This document shows positions 53,275-64,000 of a stretch of DNA of 64,000 nt, in pieces. The DNA is from Epiperipatus broadwayi (taxonomy: Eukaryota > Animalia > Onychophora): the NCBI GenBank assembly GCA_028023455.1, contig JAQFVV010000009.1, forward strand, positions 1,054,001 through 1,118,000. The letters run 5' to 3'. How positions within the stretch are numbered: the stretch's first letter is position 1; the number at the start of each line of letters is the position of its first letter. The notes under the pieces were generated by a model. That model had not been told where the DNA came from and ran no database searches. It saw nothing but the letters and a program-made list of their open reading frames with translations. The position numbers were made by a program, and so were the translations under genes.

Positions 53275-56200
53275 TTGTATATATGTATGTATCATTGAAA
53301 TTTCCTTCCTTTGTTGAAAACATTAAATGAAATATTTAAATCACTGTTACTTAATTAAATGTTTGTATTAAAATTTTACAAAATAGAGTAATTTAAAGCA
53401 TAAAACATCTATGCATTCAACAGATTTGTAATACAATCCATAAATTATAACTAATTGGATTTTAATTTAGTTAGTTCAGCATTTTAGATATACTTAACTA
53501 ACTATATTAATTAAATGCTAAGGCTTTGAAATTACTCACTAATCCTTTAATTATTAATTTGGGCAATTTTTTAAGCATGTTGATAATGACAATCTGTTAA
53601 CATTATCAGTTTTTTGAATGAAGACCAAACTAGATGGAATAACTACAGCAGTATGCCACATTGTTGGGTTCTTTTATTATGCAAACTATATTTTTAAATA
53701 AAAATTAAAGAGTTAAGATTTCTGTTATAAGTATTTAGATCTGTAAAATTTATAAGTGACAGTCAATTATAACCACAGTTTAACTATCATTCTGCCAACA
53801 CTATCATATAAATGCTGCAGTTGTCAGATCGAATAGCTTAATTAAATAAGCATGAAGATTCTTCATTTAAAGATACTTTTAGATTGAAATCAGATTTTAA
53901 GCTAGTCATATTAAATACAAAAAAATATTAGAATTTTAAATGTTATATTAAACAAGTCATGATTAGAAAAGTGAAATAAAAAATGGGAACTTGTATTTTG
54001 ATAATTTCTGTTTTTTGTAGAATAATTAAAAGGTAATATAAAACAAGTTTTGCATTGAAATACTATTCCAGAAACTTCTCAATATTTCTTTACCAATAAA
54101 TAATTGATCAAATATCAGCAGTATAGACTTCTAAACTGTGCCTCACAAAATTACAAGCTTTTTATCAATTTTTATTAGAATAATTCAAAATAGAATTATC
54201 ATATATCTAGAATTTAATCTATTATTCTCTTCATGTAACTAAACAAATATCTGGAAAAAAAAACAAAACTTAAAAAAAATCATATTTGCTCACAAATTTT
54301 GTTTATATTTCTAAATCAGTCATTTATATATATATTACAAATCTGATATTTTAATTATTTTTTATATAATTTTTAAAATACATAATCTAATAAATAATAC
54401 AAAAATATTGATACATATCATGCATATATAAAGAATCATTAAAAAAGTACTTGTATGCCATAGACAAATTCTTTTTATCACTATTTCTTTTTTTAAATTA
54501 TATATACATTTTAATTACTTGTATTTAATTATACTTATAAATTCATTACATTATTGTGTTTTTTTTTTTAGTGCTTTTATTTAATTTAGAAGTTTGTTTA
54601 AGATAAATTTTGTTATCAAGTTCTAACATACTTCTATCAAATAGATTTCCTTCAAATTTTATACATATTAGAAATCAATGATAATGCAATATGATAATGA
54701 AATATTTTAGGCTGAGCCCTCTCATTTATTTGAATTTCAAACATGTTGATAGAACTTCAGTAATTTGTCAGTGATGGCATAAGAGAATAGTGTATTTTTT
54801 AAAAAAAAAAACATATTAAAAATAAAAAGTGTTTATGGTAAATTTAAACAGAAATAAAAACAAATCTTAATTTCTTTTGATTTAATTTTTTTTTCTTTAA
54901 GTGCTTCTTCATAAACAAAATAATATTGCAATTGATTTTTAATGCATGATTTTCTTTCACATATAAAATTGGAATAATTATGAAAAAGATCCCAATACTA
55001 AAAAGTTAAAAATAATACATATAGAAAATATTTAAAAGCCAAAAATATAACATGTTTTCTTCAACCAAAATTGGAATTTTTATGTTTAACTTGAAATAAA
55101 AGTGTGGGGTGTTTAAAAATTAAGCACTAATATTTACAAGTAAGTGCTTCATTAATTTGTGGATATTCTACTCTCTAAGTTTAAGTTAATTATAAATTCA
55201 AATTGTGATTGAAAAAACAATTATTTTTTTGTTTTTTTAATGCATAGCAAATAAAAGCGCATATCATAAAATATTATATATATATATTATTAATCCTAAA
55301 TTTATTTTGACTTAAATTTCTAAAGTAAAATTCTATAAGTAAGAGTAAATTTTAAAAAAAAACTCCCATTAATTCTTTTCAAAGAAGGCTTCATTCTTTC
55401 TATTATATAAAGTCTTTAATTAATCTTGCTATAATTATTAATATTTTATGTCATTCTTACTAAAAATTAGAATGATTACTCTTCTAAAATGAATATAAAT
55501 AACTGAATTTTATCTTTCAGATATATTTTTAGTCTTCTTTTAAATTTATTTATACAAGTACAATGTATAAATAAAGATATTTTTTTTAAAAAAAGTAATA
55601 GAATAATAATAATATAAATAAGGAAAATTTGTCTAAATTTGAAGTGAACTAATGCAGTTATTTAGATGATTTTATATATAGTGTATATTAATATTTTTGT
55701 ATTATTTTTTAGATTATGTATCTTCAAAATGGTTACATGAGAAAATAAGCAAAATGTCAGATTTATAATGTACGTAAATAAAATTTGTGAGAAATTATAA
55801 TTTTTTAAAGTAATAATATATTAGATCAAGGAAAGAGGAGTGAGCTTGTTTAACATATTTTTAATAAACTATGTATATACATATAATTGTTTATGTTGAA
55901 ATGAATATGTTTATGGATTTTTAATTTGGTAAAGAATAGAAAAAAAGAGATTACATTCATGTAAACAGAGATAATTTTACCTTTTGATGTTATCAGGAAA
56001 CCATCAATTACTAATAGACAATCTTGAAACTAAATAAGTTTTCTCTTTAACCTATAATAATAGCTCTTATTTTGGGTTTTAAGGAAATTGGATCCTCTTT
56101 TACTTCAAACCTAAATTGTTATAAGGATTTAAATCCAGAAAGCTATAAATAATGAAACTTCAAAAAGGTAATGATAAAAGGAATATAATTTTTTAGAAAC

Positions 56201-56588
56201 TCATAATTAAATGAATAAAAAGGAAATTGGGGGTAGGAATAGGTATTTTATATTTATCATTCGAAAAATTATTTCAAAGATACATTTCTTATTCAGGAAG
56301 GTAAATAATAGTTTAAGTTTACGATTTTGCATTACCTTGGTTCTAAGTAATTTTTTCATTTTTTAGTATTTAACAAAAACCAGAGATGCTTAATCAAAAA
56401 CATGAATTTTTGAAGATTATGTAGTATGCAGTGGATGTTTTATAAATACAATGATTACTATCTTTCATTAAAACACTGATCATTGAACAATGGGAAAGGT
56501 GGAAAAACATAAAAGATTCCTCTGTTAGTATTATGTGATAAATGCTGGCTAGGTATTTTTAGATCTAGTGTCTGAAGCTACTCTAGCG

Positions 56589-56629
56589 CCTCTCTGAGGA
56601 GTGCAAAAGCAAAAAACTATGGTCAGAGG
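56589..56629 (+). ncRNA. Hammerhead motif, family B copy 1 (G12 lost)
   Basis: CCUCU CUGAGGA GUGC AAAA GCAA AAAA CUAUGG UC AGAGG: perfect 5-bp stem I, but the CG before AAA is mutated to AA. Confidence 0.6.
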
Positions 56630-57010
56630 TTTGGGGAGGCTTCCTGATAGAGATATTTTAAATGCTTTCTCTGGCTTAGCATTTATCACAAAGCTTGTTG
56701 AGCAATTGGCAATGCTAATTGTTTATATCATACAAGCTTAAGAGAATGGGGTCACGTGATCTATGACTATTTTTTATTTGACTATTTATAGTCTTTGCTT
56801 TAAGTCTTATGTGATTTTATATTGCTAAGACTACTAATATTTGGTTTGGCTGAAGATCTCAGCCTCATATAGCTATTTGAGTTGGATAGCTAGGTTTGAA
56901 GATATGTAGATATCTGAAAATTTCAGATTTTCCACTCAATAGATAACTTTAGAAAAATGCTGGCTTGGAGTTGGTATTTTTAGATCTAGTGTCTGAAGCT
57001 ACTCTAACGC

Positions 57011-57047
57011 CTCTGATAAGTGCCAAAGCACGAAACCATGGTCAGAG
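57011..57047 (+). ncRNA. Hammerhead motif, family B copy 2 (G8 to A, shortened stem I)
   Basis: CU CUGAUAA GUGC CAAA GCAC GAAA CCAUGG UC AGAG: perfect stem II and palindromic stem III (ACCAUGGU). Confidence 0.65.
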
Positions 57048-58284
57048 ATTTGGGGGGGGCTTCCTGTCAGATATTTTAAATGCTTTCTCTGGCTTAGCAT
57101 TTATCACAAAGCTTGTTGAGCAATTGGCAATGCTCATTGTTTATACTTATAACTGGATTCGCCAACAAATTGCATTACATCGTTCTCTGGAACATCTTGG
57201 AATGTGACTCATACTTACATGCCCTCTTCCCAGCACAGTTTGCTTTGTTTATTTTTGTTTTTATAATATAATTACAATTTTCAGAACAAAAAAAAATATC
57301 TGCTCAACCATGCCATTCATCCAATTCGAGCAAATGGAAATTTACAATGAAAAATGCTCTCATCTTGGGAAGCAAAAATTTATGAATAATAATTTTACTC
57401 CAATGAATGAATGTAGACCATACAATATTATAAAAAAGGCTAACATCATACAGCAGTAGTTTAATTACAAGTAACAATTATCTGTTGATATATAATTTGC
57501 CTTTTAACAAAACCTTTTCTTCAATCTCTTACATATCATTGTCTCATTTCATATGCACATAAAAAAACAGTAATTACTTATGAATGTCTAAGATTTCCTT
57601 GCTAAATTTAATCTTAATTTTCAATTACATGATAATATTAATACAGTTATAAATAATTGAGTACATTTGCCATGCAGTGAATGTGGACTTCAATAAACTT
57701 AAAATATAATTCTACATATGAATAAACCTATAAATACAACATATTTGACTCATAAGTTTACATATACTGAATATGGTATATATAATTGCTATACCTTCTG
57801 CAACATTCACTATAAGGTATGGCCATTTTAGGTCCTAATCCCAATTTAATAAAACTGATTTCTATAGGGATGGATCTTTCCAGTCTGATCTTTAACTTAT
57901 GTACTATAAGTTCACCCATACAAAATCTAATTCTCAGTAATCAAACGCATGGTTGGCTACAGACAAAAGAACCCGATGGGTTCAATTTAAGCATTAACAA
58001 AGCTAATAATAGTTATTTATTGTAATTATTTTACTCTTGGATAATTTATGCATAGATACATTAAGTTTAAAACAAATATTATATCTTCCATTATTATCAT
58101 TCTTTTTTTAAACTAACAATTTCTACAAAATAATATTTGGTTAATATGCATTAAAAAAAAATATATTTGCAAAGTTAACATAACACATGTATATAATGCA
58201 GAGTGAATCTTTCTTCTTTTTTTAAAAATTTTGATTCCTATTTTGAACAATTCATAAAATAAAATATAGCATTTCAGTAGTCAA

Positions 58285-58357
58285 ACGTTGGTGGCCTAGT
58301 GGTTAGCATAGCTGCCTTCCAAGCAGCTGACCTGGGTTTGTTTCCCAGCTCAACACA
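58285..58357 (+). pseudogene. tRNA-Gly(TCC) retropseudogene
   Basis: ACGTTGGTGGCCTAGTGGTTAGCATAGCTGCCTTCCAAGCAGCTGACCTGGGTTTGTTTCCCAGCTCAACACA. The anticodon stem GCTGC/GCAGC with TCC (58318-20) is intact, but the T-loop/B-box is decayed. A 16-bp TSD and an A-rich tail flank it. Confidence 0.88.
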
Positions 58358-58633
58358 TTTGACATACAAAAAAGAAAGATATAGCATTTCAGTATTAAAT
58401 ACAAACTTAAAACAGTATGTTTTCCTGAAGGTTTGTGATGATGGTGTTCTAGTTGCATTACTAACAGTTGAATGTATTAGGAATATTTAAATAAAGTTAA
58501 ATTTTTCTTAAGACATGACATTCCATACACATATTAGATGATGGAAATAGTCCAATATAAAAATACAATTAAAACAGGATAAGTTATCATTGTTCTTTTT
58601 TTCTGATAATTTCTACAAAATAACATTTGGTTA

Positions 58634-58882
58634 TCTGAAGTGGATGATGTCAAAATTTATAAGTGGAGTGAGTTTGACAATGATAAATAAAAATGTAACA
58701 ATTTACTATAGATAAATATTCATATAATAGAAACATATATGAGAGATAGTGACTTGGGCCAACTGATGAGTGCTGGTTCAGTATGAAATGCATCTTGGAG
58801 GTCATTTGACTTTTATTGTATCTTAATTTATATGAATTTAAAAAAGAATGGTGAAGTATGGAGGTTGTTTAATATATCTATA
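58634..58882 (+). mobile_element. 249-bp solo family C insertion with 12-bp TSD
   Basis: AACATTTGGTTA (58622-33) / AACATTTTGTTA (58883-94). The paralogous empty site AATATTTGGTTA is at 58132-43. Confidence 0.8.
58759..58798 (+). ncRNA. Intact minimal type I hammerhead motif, family C
   Basis: CCAA CUGAUGA GUGCUG GUU CAGUAU GAAA UGCA UC UUGG: all core nucleotides are canonical and all three stems pair. Stem III is the palindrome AUGCAU, and predicted cleavage is after 58794. Confidence 0.82.
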
Positions 58883-59539
58883 AACATTTTGTTAATATAT
58901 ATTAAAAAGAAAAATTCTATACAAAGTTAACATATACAATACAGAGCAACTTTTATTTTAAATTTTGATTTCTATTTTTAAACAATTCATAAAATAAGAT
59001 ATATTTTATCAGTATGAAATACACTTAAAGATAATGTCTAAATAGCACCTTTTAAACATGACTTAGAAAGCAAGATAACTGTCATTTGCTTTCTTCTAGA
59101 AGGCAAATATAAAACAGTTCATATATAGCAAAATATACTTTAGCAATCTTCAACACTGCACTTGTTTCTTCATCTTGAATAGATTTATTCAAAGTAGGGT
59201 GTCAAGTTTTTCAGATGTCCAGGTTGCATTAGCAGGTGGTGTTTTTTTTTTTTTTCTTACTAAGCATACTGTAGATTTGATAGTCTAATAAAATGAGAAT
59301 GCAGAATAATAAAAAAGAAAATTGATTGTTATATATATATATTTAAACTTCCATTTTTTTTTTTTAATTTTGTTGACATCGATAAATTTATTTAATAATT
59401 GGTTAATTAAAAATGAATGGAAAATTATATATATCTTTATATAATATACATTTTAATATGAGTTCTTCTAATTCTTGCAATCTTTCTCCACTTGAAATTG
59501 ATGTGCAATTGTAAGTACCTAAATAAAAAGGCATCATCA

Positions 59540-62500
59540 AATGGCAGCCTGGGTCCACAATCAGAGGATTCTTAGCACCATCTGCCTTCAGTCACCAACC
59601 ACTGCCTTGGTTGGTGACTTTACAGCCTCCTGGGAATAAGGGCCATGATTTATTTTTGTCCATCATGATTGTATATATCTATTGGAAAAATATTTATCAT
59701 TTACACATACATTCATTCTGCCTTATCAAGCAACTGAGAAGAAAGACCATAGTGTTTCTTGATCTTAAACTCGGAGGTAAAAAGCCAATAAACTTATCAT
59801 ACTGGCTAATGTGTGTTGGTGAGCAGCCCATCCATGTTAATATACTATATGAATAATCACATAGTAATAACCGCTTCAACGACAAGAACGTATGGAGTGG
59901 ACATTAGGAATTTGCGCTGCTCAGTTCCGCTTAAGGCATCCAAGAGGGTCTCCTTTCAGTTAATAGCAAACTCTGGACTTTGTGAGGTTAGAAGAAAAGG
60001 TAAAGAGACGATTTAAAAAATGGACATGTACTCTATTATAAAGGCACAAATATTGGAAATATAAGTGGAGTATGATTCATTATAAATAAAAAGTAGAACA
60101 ACATTGTGGAGATTGATGGTGTATTGGACAGAGTGGCAAAATTAGTTATACGACAAGTTTTCATAGCGATGAAGTAATAGATTTTTATATGGATGTACAA
60201 AAGGCTTTTGATCAGAGCAAACATTTTAAAAATTGTTATGGGAGACTTTAATGCTAAAATTGAAAGATGAAAGTGCTGTAGGTAATTTTGGTTATGGTAA
60301 TAGAAATGAGAGAACATAGACTTGTGGAGTTTGCAGAATAAGAAAACAGTTATATTACAAATTTTTTTTTGAGAAAAATGTTACAAGGAAATGGACATGG
60401 AAGCATCCAAATGAAGATATAGCAAAATTGGATTATATTTTGCCTATTAGAAAATACATATTTTAAGATTGTAATGCTCGTAACAAATTTAACACAGGAA
60501 GTGATTATCGATTAGTAAATTTAACACAGGAAGTGATCATTGATTAGTAAAATGTAAGATACATGTTAAAGCAAAACTAGAGACAAAAATTGTTGAGAAA
60601 AACCAATATTTACAGTTGATATTCCTAATCTCCATAAACGTTCTAATGAATTTAAATTAGAATTTACAAATCGGTTTCAAGTATTAGTAGATTTTGAACA
60701 TGATTCAGATTTGAATGAAATTCATAAGAAAATAACTGATACACTTTTAAAAACTGCAACAAAGATAGCTGGTAGAAAAAAGCAGCAATTGTCCAATAAA
60801 ATTTCTATTGAGACTAGAGAAGTTATCAAGAAAATAAGGAATATGAAGATATACGAAAATGATAAAAGGATTGAATATCTCAAATTTTGTAAAATGGTGT
60901 AGAAAAGAGTTGAAAATGATATAACTGTGAACTAGCAAGGAAAGCTGTAGAAGAGAATAAAAGTCTCAAGAGTGTAAAACAACATTTTGGTATTGGTAGG
61001 AAATTTATATCTGCAATAAGAAAAAAAGATGGAATTATTACTAAAAAGAGAGATTACATCATAATTATCAGAATAAAAAACAAGTACCTCATATCTATTA
61101 TATCTTCTGAATTGCCCAGAATTTTAAATGAAGAAGTAAGACATGCAATTAAAATTACAAAGAAAGGAAAGGCTCGAGGTAATGATGAAATTATAATTGA
61201 TATATTAAAAGAAGGTGAAGAAATAGAATTTTTTTTAGCAAAGTTATATACCAAATGTCTAAATGATAAAGATGTGCCAGATGATTGGAAGAATGCAGTA
61301 TTAATACAGTATTTTAAAAAGATGATGAAGAAGATATTAGAAATTACAGAACTATCAGCCTTTTATCGGTTTATATAAAAATTTTACCAAGATAATTATA
61401 ACTCATCTAAAGAGAGCATAGGATTTCCACAAACCAAGAGAACAAGCTGGATTTAAAAGTGGTTTTAATACAGTAGATCATACCCAGGTATTGAGAGAAG
61501 TTATAGAAAGGACAAATAAATATGAGTGGCCATTATGCTTTGGATTTTTAGATTATGAAAAGGCATTTGATTCTATAAACATTTGTTCAGTGATTAAAGC
61601 ATTGGATCACCAAGGTATAGATCCAGGATATTGTCATATTTTAAAGAATATTTATAAAAATGCAACAACAACAATTAGATTACATAATGATACTAGGAAA
61701 GTCAACATTGAGAAGGGTGTAAGGCAGAGTGACTCTATATCTCCAAAACTTTACAGCAGTGCTGCAAAAAGTATTTTGTGGATTAAAAATGGCAAGACAG
61801 GAGTGAAAGTAAATGGAGATTATTTAAGTCATTTAGATTTTGGAGATGATGTAGTTAGTTGTTTTTGCAAATAATGCTTTAGAGCTGCAGGAAATGTTGC
61901 AGGAGTTATCAGATGAAAGTAGGACTAACGATAAATGTTAAAAAGACTAAAGTAATATTCAGTGGATTTTCACGAAATATGAAAATAAAGATTGATTATG
62001 ATGTTAGAAGGTAACAGCTATAAATATCTTGTTCAGATTATTAATGCAGATAGAAATATAATGGATAAAATTAATCATAGAATTAAACTTGTTTGGAGTG
62101 CTTTTGGTAGAAATAACTTGATACTAAAAGGAAATATGCCTATGTGTTTGAAAAGGAAGGTTTTTAGTAAATGTGTTTTATCAGTTCTTACTTATAAATC
62201 TGAGACTTGGACACTTAATAGAAGAGCAATACAGAAACTTCAGTATGGAGAGATGCATGTTATGAGTAAGATCGAAAACACAATATATAGGTAAGTGTTA
62301 CTAACCTCATTGAAAAAATTAAAAGACTGAAGTGGAGTTGTGCTGGACATATTGCTAAAAGAGATAATAGATGGACAATTGAAATCTTAAACTGGATTCC
62401 AAGAGATTGTAAAACATCCAGAAAAAGATCACGTGTGAGGTGGATGGATCAAATAAGAAAGTGTGCAGGGGTAATGTGAAGAAACTAAAGATCGGAGATG

Positions 62501-62556
62501 GATTGAACTTGGAGAGACCTTCATCCTGCAGTGGATTGATAATGGTTGATGATAAT
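59540..62556 (+). mobile_element. Near full-length, decayed RTE-clade LINE
   Basis: APE motifs (GLCEVRRKG, IVMGDFNAKI, WTWKHPN, LDYIL, TGSDYRLV) and RT motifs (FLDYEKAFDS, KGVRQSDSISPKL, HLDFGDDV), followed by the C-terminal LKW..AGH..R...RW segment and a gat/gataat tail. Many stops and frameshifts. The 5' end is approximate. Confidence 0.9.
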
Positions 62557-63214
62557 ATACATTTTATTACAATTGTTTGTATTGTATAATTAATTCATTT
62601 TATTTTTGTTACATTTGAATGCTTTATCATTATTATTAATTTTTAATCTATATATATATATATAAACCTATAGATATCATTATGGATGTAATGTAAATTA
62701 AGATTAAAATATTTGCTAAAAAATGCTTTTTTTATTAATATCTTCCTCTTCAAATTAAGAATCAAATAATCTTAATATTTGTCTCATTATTAAGTTGAAA
62801 TTATTAATAAAAGCACTTAGCAAAGTTGGAATATATTTAATGTTATGAACTGTCACTGACATTAAATCTTTAATAGTGATGATAAAAAAATTATATTTAG
62901 ATATTACAAAGTAACAAATTCAGTCTTCTTATATTTATTTGATGAAATATGCAAATAATAAAAGAACATTATAAAAGGTATTTTGCATACACCCATCCAT
63001 TTGGTATTGCATCAAAAGAACATGCCATTGATAGTTTGTATAACTTATAATAAAAATAAGGTACCTTTGATATTTCACATTCCAATACACTAGCGAATAT
63101 TTGATTCTAAGGCAGTTGGCAAATAGAAGGATTTGAACTCCATTTTTCCATCTATTCATCTTCCACTCTTAATTCAAGTAACCTATATACATGCGAAATA
63201 GATACACGATTCCT

Positions 63215-63254
63215 GATATACGTATTTCATGCAGAACCAGCATTCATCAATTGG
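63215..63254 (-). ncRNA. Hammerhead motif, family C (C3 to U, stem I broken)
   Basis: CCAA UUGAUGA AUGCUG GUU CUGCAU GAAA UACGUA UA UC. Confidence 0.55.
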
Positions 63255-63684
63255 GCCAGATCATAATCTCCCACATTATATATGATCAATACTCTGTTTA
63301 TATTAAGATAGCAACTCCTCAAATTTTAATGGAAAAGCTTCAATCTTCTCTCCCAATTGTTCAATCATCCATTTCATTGAAACACCAATGATGGAATGCT
63401 CAACACCCTTGTGGTATTTGATAGTCATACCTATGTAGATATTACATCAATCTAACCCCTCATATTCTCAGACATTACATATCCGTATATATTAATAGAT
63501 GGGCTGAATTTATATTAATTTGTAATCCATTTACTAAGCAATATGTAATTTTGCTTATTTTAGGTATTCTTATATTTGTAAATAGAGGGATTTGAACTCA
63601 GGATTTTTCAGTTTATTCATCCTTCTCTCTAATCTCAAGCAACTAATACACATAACCATGCACATAAAAAAAAGTTATATGAAA

Positions 63685-63726
63685 CCAATATACGTATTTC
63701 ATGTAGAGCCAGTATTCATCAGTTGG
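63685..63726 (-). ncRNA. Hammerhead motif, family C (core and stems I and III intact, stem II eroded)
   Basis: CCAA CUGAUGA AUACUG GCU CUACAU GAAA UACGUA UA UUGG. Confidence 0.65.
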
Positions 63727-64000
63727 CCCACATCATAATCTTCCACATATATATATAATCAGTGCTCAGTTTGTATTAAGATAGCAATTCCTCAAACTTT
63801 AATGAACAGGCTTCATTTTCCTTATCCCTTCAACTATTCAACTGACCATTTCATTGAAAAACTGACAATGAAATGCTCCAAGCCCTTGTTAGAATTGATA
63901 TTATAGCCATGCCCATGTAGCCATTATGTAATCATATATTAATAGGAGAGGGATGAGCTGAACTTATATTAAGATGTAATGTACTTCCCAAGCAATAAGT

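Larger units (their letters stand above)
56540..57145 (+). mobile_element. Retrozyme-like element: two about 190-bp direct repeats with hammerhead motifs (family B) around a 227-bp non-coding core
   Basis: Repeats 56540..56727 and 56955..57145. Predicted cleavage after 56624 and after 57043 gives a 419-nt unit. Confidence 0.8.
58085..59030. repeat. Local duplication (about 58085..58413 and about 58584..59030), each copy with a different later insertion
   Basis: Shared blocks atttctacaaaataa.atttggtta, caaagttaacata, ttttgatt.ctatttt, aacaattcataaaataa and tcagta. Confidence 0.75.
63120..64000 (-). mobile_element. Tandem array of family C hammerhead repeats (about 460-472-bp unit, possibly continuing past the window end)
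   Basis: 63120..63580 aligns with 63581..64000. The hammerhead cores are 472 nt apart. Confidence 0.82.

Noticed and set aside
57790-59520. Exon-like segments on the minus strand (about 59450-59515, 59140-59285, 57790-57920) suggesting a convergent neighbouring gene
   Set aside because: The splice-site-like ends exist, but no joined frame stays open and no protein family is recognisable. RNA-seq would be needed.

Overview
This is very AT-rich eukaryotic genomic DNA with GT-AG introns. It is probably from an invertebrate animal, but the species cannot be determined from the sequence. One host gene is recognisable: the six 3' coding exons of POP1 (RNase P/MRP subunit) on the + strand, 705..53218. 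They splice into one open frame of 700 aa plus stop, and the 5' exons lie upstream of the window. The introns and downstream flank are full of decayed mobile DNA: Ingi/Vingi-like and RTE LINEs, an internally deleted Gypsy-type LTR element nested in a LINE, two Buster/SPIN-type hAT elements, a 1.7-kb Penelope-like (GIY-YIG) palindrome and a retroposed tRNA-Gly. The most interesting signal is absent from the ORF track: several families of short non-coding repeats carry minimal type I hammerhead ribozyme motifs (CUGANGA, stem II, GAAA, palindromic stem III, UH). They occur as direct or tandem repeats (about 419-nt and 472-nt units), as head-to-head inverted pairs, and as a TSD-flanked solo insertion. 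This resembles retrozymes or non-autonomous Penelope-like elements. All alignments, identities and RNA folds were done by eye, and no database searches were run.
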